From positions 328 to 64,327 of the forward strand of contig WRGA01000119.1 of NCBI GenBank assembly GCA_009787405.1: a stretch of 64,000 bases of DNA, in the 5' to 3' direction. Both the position numbers and the translations under genes were made by a program. Shown here piece after piece: positions 1 through 7,051 of this stretch. The stretch is from Candidatus Azobacteroides sp. (GTDB taxonomy: Bacteria > Bacteroidota > Bacteroidia > Bacteroidales > WRGA01). Under the pieces are notes generated by a model. That model had not been told where the DNA came from. It was given only the letters and a program-made list of their open reading frames with translations, and did not search any database. The first letter of the stretch is position 1, and each line of letters starts with the position of its first letter.

Positions 1-2
1 AT

Positions 3-80
3 CCCGGCATGTTCGGACGCGAAGATTTTTTCGGAAGAGGAAATTTCGGGGTTGACGAAGAAAAACAGGAAAACGATTAA
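3..80 (+). CDS. 3' end of a small Gly-rich protein, paralog of 167..601 (partial, runs off the window)
   Basis: Frame 3 reads PGMFGREDFFGRGNFGVDEEKQEND*. This is the same REDFFGRG.FG motif plus acidic tail as the C-terminus of 167..601. Confidence 0.45.
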   Translation, partial: PGMFGREDFFGRGNFGVDEEKQEND

Positions 81-166
81 TTCACGAAAGGGAAACCGGA
101 CAATATGCCGGTTCCCGCAGGAACCGCTGTAAATAATATATTTACGGCGTTTTCCGTTTAAAATAT

Positions 167-601
167 ATGATGAACGATATGAAAACAAGAGGTTTTAAAG
201 TCATTCTGATCGGATTATCAATCATCGCCGGATTCGGAGCGGCGGTGATGTTGCTGTGGAACGCTCTCGTTCCGGACATTTTCGGTTTGCCGACCGTCAA
301 CTTTTGGCAGGCGACGGGTCTGCTTGTCCTGATCCGCATTTTGTTCGGCGGCATCGGCGGAAGAAAAATGGCGGGAGGCGGAAGAATGCACGGCGGATTG
401 TTCGGCGGCATCGGAAAAAGGAATCCCATCCGGGAAAAATGGATGAAAATGACACCGGAAGAACGAAAAGAATTTATCCGGAAAAGACATGAATTTATGG
501 CCGGAGGCTATTTCGACCGGGAAGACTTTTTCGGACGTGGTCGTTTCGGACATGATCATCCGTTCGGAACAGATCATCCGGACGAAAAAGACGAAAACTG
601 A
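167..601 (+). CDS. small membrane protein with a Gly-rich segment (unknown function), co-transcribed with the ECF sigma
   Basis: It has an N-terminal TM segment (VILIGLSIIAGFGAAVMLLW) and a second hydrophobic segment, then GGIGGRKMAGGGRMHGGLFGGIG. Its stop lies 2 nt before the sigma-factor ATG. Confidence 0.6.
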   Translation: MMNDMKTRGFKVILIGLSIIAGFGAAVMLLWNALVPDIFGLPTVNFWQATGLLVLIRILFGGIGGRKMAGGGRMHGGLFGGIGKRNPIREKWMKMTPEERKEFIRKRHEFMAGGYFDREDFFGRGRFGHDHPFGTDHPDEKDEN

Positions 602-603
602 AC

Positions 604-1170
604 ATGTCCGGAACACAAAAAAACATCACGAATTTGATTGTCGAATATCAACCTCGTCTGAAGGCTTTTATCCGAAAACGTGTCTCAAATAAAGAAGATG
701 CGGATGATATTTTGCAAGAGGTTTTTTACCGGTTGGTAAAAGCCGACAATCTGATGAACCCGATCGAACAGGTTTCTGCATGGCTGTATCGCGTTGCACG
801 AAATTTGATCATCAACAACGGGATCAAGAAACACGAAGAAGAACTGTCGTATTTTCAACAAGGCGACGATAGTGATGAAATCATGAAAGATTTTTCCGAA
901 ATTTTGTTCGGCGGCAATGGGTATGAATCTTCTCCCGAAACAGAATATTTGCGTTCATTGGTATGGACGGAACTCGAAAATGCTCTTTCGGAACTGCCTG
1001 CCGAACAACGGGAAATCTTTGAAAAAACGGAATTGGAAGGAATTACGGTTAAAGAAATATCCAAAGAAACAGGGGTAGCGGTCAACACCTTGTTATCCCG
1101 AAAACATTATGCAATCCTGCATCTCCGGGAACGATTGGCAGAATTGTACGAAGAAATCATATCTGCGTAA
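604..1170 (+). CDS. ECF-type RNA polymerase sigma-70 family factor
   Basis: Region 2 reads DADDILQEVFYRL...AWLYRVARNLIIN. Region 4 reads LPAEQREIFEKTELEGITVKEISKETGVAVNTLLSRKHYAILHLRERL. Length is 188 aa. Confidence 0.9.
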   Translation: MSGTQKNITNLIVEYQPRLKAFIRKRVSNKEDADDILQEVFYRLVKADNLMNPIEQVSAWLYRVARNLIINNGIKKHEEELSYFQQGDDSDEIMKDFSEILFGGNGYESSPETEYLRSLVWTELENALSELPAEQREIFEKTELEGITVKEISKETGVAVNTLLSRKHYAILHLRERLAELYEEIISA

Positions 1171-1200
1171 TTTCTTCCCGTCACGCGAAAATACCGCACG

Positions 1201-1221
1201 CGGCAGGGAAATGTCCTGCCG
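1201..1221. terminator. hairpin between the convergent sigma gene and the 4-TM array (cggcagg-N7-cctgccg)
   Basis: A 7-bp perfect stem is visible. The same hairpin module recurs at 1741-1761 and 3147-3169, each time downstream of a 4-TM paralog. Confidence 0.4.
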
Positions 1222-1244
1222 GGACGATATAACCTGATTTTCAA

Positions 1245-1682
1245 TTATTTTTCTTTCTTTATCCGGGCAACTATCTTCTTTGAAAGAACATAAATGCAAT
1301 ACCAATACAACACAGTCCCCAGAAAATAAATTAAATTTCGAAAAATAATATTGTCAATTTGTAAATTGAATTGCGGCAAAAAAGGAATATTTACCGTCGA
1401 TAATCCTATAAAAAGAAGATCAAACGGTCTTTCTCCATGGGAAGAATGAATGGGTATCAATATTGCCGTGATTAAAAATAAAATGATTATCGATACGACT
1501 ATTCCCCATTTGATTGGTCTTATTTTAATCAAATTGATGCAAAAAGCAAGTACTGCCAATATAAAATACCATATACTTGCATCCTCCATTTTAATCTCTC
1601 TCGCGTATATCATACCGGAAATGATATAAACGACTAAAAGTATTGCAAAGAATATGATATGAGTTAATATTTTTTTAATCAT
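1245..1682 (-). CDS. 4-TM small membrane protein, paralog 4 (candidate immunity-like protein)
   Basis: I used the internal start MIKKILTHIIFF (cat at 1680-1682). It has four hydrophobic helices and the conserved tail LYWYCIYVLSKKIVARIKKEK. The tracked ORF extends upstream only because the stub has no stop. Confidence 0.7.
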   Translation of the reverse strand: MIKKILTHIIFFAILLVVYIISGMIYAREIKMEDASIWYFILAVLAFCINLIKIRPIKWGIVVSIIILFLITAILIPIHSSHGERPFDLLFIGLSTVNIPFLPQFNLQIDNIIFRNLIYFLGTVLYWYCIYVLSKKIVARIKKEK

Positions 1683-1740
1683 AGCAGTAATTATAAAATT
1701 TAAAGCGTTAAAAAAATGCATATCGTATCGGAAATCATTC
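1683..1740 (-). pseudogene. orphan 3' stub of the Cys-rich secreted-protein gene
   Basis: It reads ...RYDMHFFNALNFIITA directly before the MIKK start. Compare YDMHLYNALDFMNYYCQ* at the end of 3644..4669. Confidence 0.5.
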
Positions 1741-1784
1741 CGGCAAGACATTTTCCTGCCGAGACGATACAATCTGATTCTCAA

Positions 1785-2219
1785 TCATTTCTCTTTCTTT
1801 ATCCGGGCAACTATTTTCTTTGAAAGAACATAAATGCAATACCAATATAACACAGCTCCCCAAAAATAGATCAAGTACAACAATGTAACCCGGATAATAA
1901 TGCTGTCAATTTGTAAATTGAATTGCGGCAGAAAAGGAATATTTACCGTCGATAATCCTATAAAAAGGTCAAACGGAGTTTCCACAAAGGAATGATTTGG
2001 TATCACTGCCGTAATTAAAAATAAAATGATTATCAATACCACTATTCCCCATTTGACCTTTCTTTTTTTATACAGATTGACGCAAAAAACCAATGTTGTT
2101 AAAATAAAATAATATACAATTGCTCCCGATATTCCTCTTGAATATAATACACAGGAAGTGATATAAATAACCAAAAGTATTCCAAAGAATATAATATGAG
2201 TTAATATTTTCTTAATCAT
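1785..2219 (-). CDS. 4-TM small membrane protein, paralog 3
   Basis: I used the internal start MIKKILTHIIFF (cat at 2217-2219). The C-terminal tail is identical to paralog 4, and the 3' nucleotide sequence looks near-identical by eye. Confidence 0.7.
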   Translation of the reverse strand: MIKKILTHIIFFGILLVIYITSCVLYSRGISGAIVYYFILTTLVFCVNLYKKRKVKWGIVVLIIILFLITAVIPNHSFVETPFDLFIGLSTVNIPFLPQFNLQIDSIIIRVTLLYLIYFWGAVLYWYCIYVLSKKIVARIKKEK

Positions 2220-2435
2220 TGTAGTAATTATAAAATTTAAAGTATTAAACAGATGCATATCTTCCTTGTCATCATCATCACTTTTTTTCTCATCGCCGTC
2301 ACCGACATAAATCGGTAAATCACTGCTGTCGGTACCTTCAGGTGGCTGCGGGTCAAACGGATTGTTAATGTCCGAAATGTCCATCGCAATATGTCCGCCA
2401 CGGTAGGGATATCCTATTTGCCGGAATAGTTTCAA
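2220..2435 (-). pseudogene. orphan, diverged C-terminal fragment of the Cys-rich gene, fused in frame to paralog 3
   Basis: The 72 codons read ...YRGGHIAMDISDINNPFDPQPP...KEDMHLFNTLNFIITT. They align to ...KNGGHQALGLVKK..FNLFDPDT...YDMHLYNALDFMNYYCQ of 3644..4669. Confidence 0.5.
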
Positions 2436-2491
2436 GCTGTCCCGGCAAATATAGACTATCTAATGCTTGAAGCATTTATTCGTTGGAATTT

Positions 2492-2935
2492 TTATTTTTG
2501 CTCATGTACGGTAAAATTAGTGATTTTTTTTGACAAATAATATACCAAATACCAATATAATAAGGTTCCGATAAAATAACCAAAGTAATAGAGAATCAAC
2601 CTGATAATTGCAGTTCCAAAAGGAAAGTCTAACATTGGTAAAAAAGGAATATTCAACGATGATATTACCGTATAGCTTTTTGCAAGATAATGCCCTGTAC
2701 CATTAAATGCAAAAATTGTAATTACTAAAAAATTAATGCTTATTAATAATATTACCGTCCATTTAATACTTCTTTTTCCATATAGATTGACAAAAAAAAC
2801 AATTGATGTCACAACAAAATAATGAAAAACAATTCTTTTTAAATAAATTTCTCTTGAATATATTATATTAGAAATTATATAAACTATTATAAGTATTGAA
2901 AAAAATATAATATAGCTTACTATTTTCTTAATCAT
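2492..2935 (-). CDS. 4-TM small membrane protein, paralog 2 (most divergent, AT-rich)
   Basis: It begins MIKKIVSYIIFFSILIIVYII and ends ...LYWYLVYYLSKKITNFTVHEQK. Length and hydrophobic pattern match the other paralogs. Confidence 0.7.
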   Translation of the reverse strand: MIKKIVSYIIFFSILIIVYIISNIIYSREIYLKRIVFHYFVVTSIVFFVNLYGKRSIKWTVILLISINFLVITIFAFNGTGHYLAKSYTVISSLNIPFLPMLDFPFGTAIIRLILYYFGYFIGTLLYWYLVYYLSKKITNFTVHEQK

Positions 2936-3110
2936 TGCAGTATTTTTTATAAAATTTATAGCATTATACTAAGTGCATATCATACAAATAATTGTCAAGA
3001 AATCCAAAAACTTCACCACTCAAAGATTCTAAGATTTCTAATGCAAATTCAACAGAATATATAATATACTATTTTCTTTTACCAATCCCAACAAAAGGAA
3101 ATACATAAAC
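2936..3110 (-). pseudogene. orphan 3' stub of the Cys-rich gene with a premature stop
   Basis: The reverse strand reads EFALEILESLSGEVFGFLDNYLYDMHLV*. Compare EAALEYLESLGVEYFGYPDDYLYDMHLYNALDF in 3644..4669. Further upstream it shares the ttttaccaatcccaa block. Confidence 0.55.
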
Positions 3111-3191
3111 CTATTCAAAATTTAAAATCAATCGAAAATACCTCCCCCGGCAGGACATTTTCCTGCCGGGACGATACAACCCGATTCTCAA

Positions 3192-3647
3192 TCATTTCTC
3201 TTTCTTTATTTGGGCAACTATTTTCTTTGAAAGAACATAAATGCAATACCAATATAATATGGCACCCCAAAAATAAATCAGATACATGACAGTAAACCGG
3301 ATAATAAAAGTTTCAATGTTCATTAAGCATCGATGGAAATATAGAGGCAAAAAAGGCATAGTTACCGGCGAATCCTCTATAACTAAATCCAAAGGATTAT
3401 CTGCTATTCCTCCCATCGGGCCCAACCATATTGACAATGAAAAAAGAAACCAGATCAGTGCTGCGACTCCCCATTTGATTGGTCTGATTTTAATCAGAGT
3501 AATCAAAAAAACGATTATAACCAAAATAGAATATACTCCACTTGCATTATCAATTTCAATTGTTCTTGAATATATCAGACTGAAAATGATATAAATAACC
3601 AAAAGTATTATAAAGAATATAATAGGAGTTAATATTTTCTTAATCAT
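3192..3647 (-). CDS. 4-TM small membrane protein, paralog 1, translationally coupled to the Cys-rich protein
   Basis: Its start overlaps the stop of 3644..4669 (ATGA at 3644-3647). It begins MIKKILTPIIFF and ends ...LYWYCIYVLSKKIVAQIKKEK. Confidence 0.75.
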   Translation of the reverse strand: MIKKILTPIIFFIILLVIYIIFSLIYSRTIEIDNASGVYSILVIIVFLITLIKIRPIKWGVAALIWFLFSLSIWLGPMGGIADNPLDLVIEDSPVTMPFLPLYFHRCLMNIETFIIRFTVMYLIYFWGAILYWYCIYVLSKKIVAQIKKEK

Positions 3648-4669
3648 TGGCAGTAATAATTCATAAAATCTAAAGCATTATACAAATGCATATCGTACAA
3701 ATAATCGTCAGGATATCCGAAATATTCAACACCCAAAGATTCTAAGTATTCCAATGCAGCTTCTCTTTCATGTTTATAAGTGTCGGGATCAAACAGATTG
3801 AAACCTCCGTCTTTGTTTTTTTTTACCAATCCCAATGCTTGATGTCCACCGTTTTTTTCGGGATAATATTTCAGTTGTAATCCGGAATTTCCTAGTTCAG
3901 AGGAAACGTATGCAACATCGGAACCGGAACTGGAATTGCTTGCCGAAGCCCAACCAGCAATATACCTCTCAGGATGGAGTAATTGATTATATTTCGTGTA
4001 TAACGAACTATTTGTCGGATAATTAATCAAATCCGTCTTTAAATTATCGCGCGTGTATCCCAATTCATATAAAGCCGTCAGATTTGCCAAGCTGATAATA
4101 AACTGTTCCTGAGCGGGGGTAAAAATGTTACTCGAATTCCTCAGGTATTTAGTACTAACTGTTCCGTGATATATGTTGCAGATTCTTTTCTTATCCTTTT
4201 CGAGCGTACATGTACAAAAAGGGCAAGAAGAATCAGAATCAGAACTAATGCTTTTATACCCAAGACAAATAGGACATCGTTCTCCGGTGCAACTGGGATT
4301 CGGCTGTGGGTTCGGGTTCGTACCTGAGTTTGGGTTACCGCCACTACCACCGGTACCTTCGCCGCCGGTACCTCCAAAGCCATCATTACATATTCCGTAA
4401 CAAGAACAGTAGTCTCCGTAGCAAGGAGAGTCGTCACATATTCCATAACAGAAACAAAGATTATAACACGGTGGGTCGTAGTCATTATCATCCGGATATA
4501 CCACAATTTCGTCACATTCATAACCTGCACTGTTGCTTCCATAGCATCCCCATGGATCATCATTGCCGTCGTCTTCATTATTACCGTATGTATCAAATGA
4601 ATAAGCTGACAGGCACATGAATAAACCGCACAGTAAAAATACGTATTTTTTTATAATTCCCTTTTTCAT
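3644..4669 (-). CDS. secreted Cys-rich protein of unknown function (candidate toxin/bacteriocin-like effector)
   Basis: It has a signal peptide (MKKGIIKKYVFLLCGLFMCLSA) and a Cys-dense module (CYNLCFCYGICDDSPCYGDYCSCYGIC). A G/N/P-rich linker and a CPIC...CPFC pair follow, then an unassigned C-terminal domain of about 170 aa. Confidence 0.75.
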   Translation of the reverse strand: MKKGIIKKYVFLLCGLFMCLSAYSFDTYGNNEDDGNDDPWGCYGSNSAGYECDEIVVYPDDNDYDPPCYNLCFCYGICDDSPCYGDYCSCYGICNDGFGGTGGEGTGGSGGNPNSGTNPNPQPNPSCTGERCPICLGYKSISSDSDSSCPFCTCTLEKDKKRICNIYHGTVSTKYLRNSSNIFTPAQEQFIISLANLTALYELGYTRDNLKTDLINYPTNSSLYTKYNQLLHPERYIAGWASASNSSSGSDVAYVSSELGNSGLQLKYYPEKNGGHQALGLVKKNKDGGFNLFDPDTYKHEREAALEYLESLGVEYFGYPDDYLYDMHLYNALDFMNYYCQ

Positions 4670-4688
4670 GACAGGCTGTTTTTAAGAG

Positions 4689-6116
4689 TTATTTAACAAG
4701 TTTTACCGATTGGCTGACCGATTTACCCGCCAACTTCAGCGTGTAGTTTCCGGCAGGTATTCCTTCCGTCGGGATCTCATACAGGTGTTTTCCGCTTTCA
4801 AAGGTTTCTAATTTGCCGGTATAGATCTGCTTTCCCGTTACGTCATACATCACAAAACGAATATCCTGCGCCTCCTGCAACTCAAATTCCACATTAATCC
4901 GGTCATTAAACGGATTAGGATAAGCCGACAGGGATGCCGTCCGGATGTTTTCCGCAGCCGAAGGGGTATTGACCCGTTTCAACACCACATAACTCGGAGC
5001 AAGGTACTCTCTGGTTACATCGCAATAAAAACGTACATTCCCGCTCAGGTACTCCTCGCCGTCTTTAAATTCTCTCTTAAACCTTCCCGTACGCATTTCC
5101 ACAGGCCTTCGGTTTGCATACAACACGATGTTATCAAACTGCCATTCGTCCTTGTTCATGATTGCGGAAACAGCGACAGAAGCCGTATCCGACTCCGTCC
5201 ATACCCCTTCGATGTTTCCGTCGACAGATTGGAGGGATACCTGCAATTTGGTTTCGTCTTCGATTTCTTCGCCCGACCAATCGTAGGTAATGATTTTCCC
5301 TTCCCATACGCCTTCGATGCCGATGTCATTCACGGTATTGGCTATTGAGGTATATCTTGCCGGAATCAACGCATTGATCGGTTCTTCGGCAACCGAACGC
5401 AGGGTTGCCTTCGTCATTCCGAAGGTTTCGGAATGGTTACGGGCCATCAGGTCGATGACTCTGTTGTACCCTAAATCGGCAGCCTTTGCAAACCAGTATT
5501 TTCCTTGTTCTGTGTTCCGCTCTACGCTACGTCCTTTGAAATAACACAGTCCTAAGAAATACATACACATCTTGCTCCCTTTTTGCGCGCCTTGTTCAAA
5601 ATACCTGACCGCTTCCCGATAACTCTGCTTTACCCCCATACCTTTGTAATGCATGTAACCGAGTTGATAGTCAACATTATCGTAACCCGTTTCTTTTGCT
5701 TTTTCGAAACATTCCACGGCTTTTTCGAAGTCTTGTTCCACAAAGTGCCCGAACTTGTACATCAATCCTAAATTGTACCAAGCTTTGGCGTAACCCTGTT
5801 CCGCAGCCTTTGAAAAAAGGTTGAACGCTCTTTCGTCATTTTGTTTCATTCCCAACCCATACTTATACATCATTCCGATCGCATTGCTGGCTTCGGCATC
5901 GCCGTCGGCGGACAAATACCGGAATATTCTTGCCGCTGTTTTGTAGTCTTGAGTCATTTTATACCCGTTCAACATCCGATAAGCATCTCTGATCGCCTTG
6001 TCCCTTTGGGGCAGACTGCTTTTTGAGCCTTTTTGTGCCAATATAGTGCCTGACCCCGCACACAGGCACAGGAGAAGGATAAACGAAATCCTTCGTATGA
6101 TTTGTCGTATTTTCAT
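4689..6116 (-). CDS. Sel1-repeat (TPR-like) protein with a T9SS C-terminal sorting domain
   Basis: I used the internal start MKIRQIIRRISFILLLCLCAGSGTILAQ (signal peptide). It carries repeated Sel1 units (A.NAIGMMYKYGLG..., AWYNLGLMYKFGH..., YQLGYMHYKGMG...). The Por-type tail reads LSAYPNPFNDRINVEF...GNYTLKLAGKSVSQSVKLVK. Confidence 0.85.
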   Translation of the reverse strand: MKIRQIIRRISFILLLCLCAGSGTILAQKGSKSSLPQRDKAIRDAYRMLNGYKMTQDYKTAARIFRYLSADGDAEASNAIGMMYKYGLGMKQNDERAFNLFSKAAEQGYAKAWYNLGLMYKFGHFVEQDFEKAVECFEKAKETGYDNVDYQLGYMHYKGMGVKQSYREAVRYFEQGAQKGSKMCMYFLGLCYFKGRSVERNTEQGKYWFAKAADLGYNRVIDLMARNHSETFGMTKATLRSVAEEPINALIPARYTSIANTVNDIGIEGVWEGKIITYDWSGEEIEDETKLQVSLQSVDGNIEGVWTESDTASVAVSAIMNKDEWQFDNIVLYANRRPVEMRTGRFKREFKDGEEYLSGNVRFYCDVTREYLAPSYVVLKRVNTPSAAENIRTASLSAYPNPFNDRINVEFELQEAQDIRFVMYDVTGKQIYTGKLETFESGKHLYEIPTEGIPAGNYTLKLAGKSVSQSVKLVK

Positions 6117-6142
6117 TGTTCTGTTTTTTAGAAAGATTAATA

Positions 6143-6730
6143 TCACCATTTGTAACCACCTTGATAGACTACACCTTCCTGCTTTGCCTTTTGCAATGCG
6201 TTGGCCGATTTCAAACATTGAGGCTCGTATTTTTTCAATTGGGAAATGTTTTCCTTCAGTTTTTCATTGTTATACTTTTCGCGTACATAAACCACCTTTT
6301 CCAGCATATAATATTCGAATATTTGAACAGAAAATTGCTGTAAATCGGCTTCGCTGTATTTTCCGGATTCCCGGAGCGTATTCAGTTTTCCGGCTGTTTT
6401 ATCGGTAATTTCATCATGAGCACTCACGCGAATGTATTCCTCCATTTGCTTCCCCGAAAGCAAAGCTTGGAATTGTTTGTTGTAAGTCTCTTTTGCATCA
6501 CGAATCAAAGCGGAAGCCGAGATTTTATCATCAACCTTCAATAATATGGAGTCGATCGTCGCATAATAAATCCGGACAAGTTCGGCAAGTCGGGCTTCTT
6601 GTTCGCTGTCGATATCCACCATCTTTTTTACTTCGACGATACGCCGTGTAACATCATTCATTTGAGCTTGAACGGTATGACCGTAAAGGAACGTAAACAT
6701 ACATGCAAGTACATAACCAAGTTTTTTCAT
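6143..6730 (-). CDS. exported helical protein of unknown function, first gene of the minus-strand operon
   Basis: It has a signal peptide (MKKLGYVLACMFTFLYGHTVQAQ). The rest is charged and helix-like. The gap to the next gene is 26 nt. Confidence 0.6.
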   Translation of the reverse strand: MKKLGYVLACMFTFLYGHTVQAQMNDVTRRIVEVKKMVDIDSEQEARLAELVRIYYATIDSILLKVDDKISASALIRDAKETYNKQFQALLSGKQMEEYIRVSAHDEITDKTAGKLNTLRESGKYSEADLQQFSVQIFEYYMLEKVVYVREKYNNEKLKENISQLKKYEPQCLKSANALQKAKQEGVVYQGGYKW

Positions 6731-6906
6731 GTCAATATATTTTAATTAAGTTAATATTTATGCAATGTTAGACAAAACAAAAGAGATACAAGGAGGACAA
6801 ACCGGCTTTTGAAGGGGCATAAACTGACAATATGTTGTAAAACAGGAAAAAATACAGGTTGATAATAAAAATTCTTTCAACTTATCAACATCTCGATTTA
6901 AAATTC

Positions 6907-6914
6907 TACTTTTG
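6907..6914 (+). promoter_or_regulatory. Bacteroidetes-type -7 promoter box (TACTTTTG) upstream of mgtE
   Basis: This is an exact match to TAnnTTTG, about 140 nt before the mgtE ATG, which implies a long leader. Confidence 0.35.
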
Positions 6915-6996
6915 CAAAAATTTTCAATAAGCCTTAATATAAATCATTATGGACGACGGCCCGTATCACAGTTGGAGAGAACAGAAGTATTAATCT

Positions 6997-7046
6997 GCTG
7001 TAAGGGAACCGTTGTGATTTCCTTGCAGCGCTGAATTTGTAAGGAG
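6997..7046 (+). promoter_or_regulatory. mgtE leader hairpin with a possible anti-SD / SD-mimic arrangement
   Basis: gctgtaagggaa (6997-7008) pairs with tttccttgcagc (7018-7029). The same 3' arm is also complementary to tgtaaggag (7038-7046), which lies just before the ATG at 7052. Confidence 0.3.
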
Positions 7047-7051
7047 ATGAC

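Noticed and set aside
142-616. Minus-strand ORFs 142..429 and 218..616, and plus-strand ORF 256..492
   Set aside because: They overlap the 167..601 gene, which has TM segments, a paralogous tail in the preceding gene and tight coupling to the sigma gene.
4141-4620. Alternative-frame ORFs within the Cys-rich gene (4141..4596 minus, 4173..4400 plus, 4306..4620 plus)
   Set aside because: They overlap the frame that has a signal peptide, continues for 341 aa and is translationally coupled to the next gene. The repetitive G/P/C-rich DNA keeps several frames open.
6117-6218. Upstream extensions of tracked ORFs (4689..6218, 18356..20341, 25193..27478, 48637..49905)
   Set aside because: Internal ATGs give proper signal peptides or lipoboxes or conserved N-termini (MKIRQII..., MKQLYKISALF..C, MKHFIIIF..., MYNKRKIINDP). 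They also remove overlaps with neighbouring genes.
6921-7051. M-box (ykoK) Mg2+ riboswitch upstream of mgtE
   Set aside because: I could not find the conserved M-box sequence blocks, and the leader is much shorter than a typical M-box. I kept it only as an unclassified structured leader.
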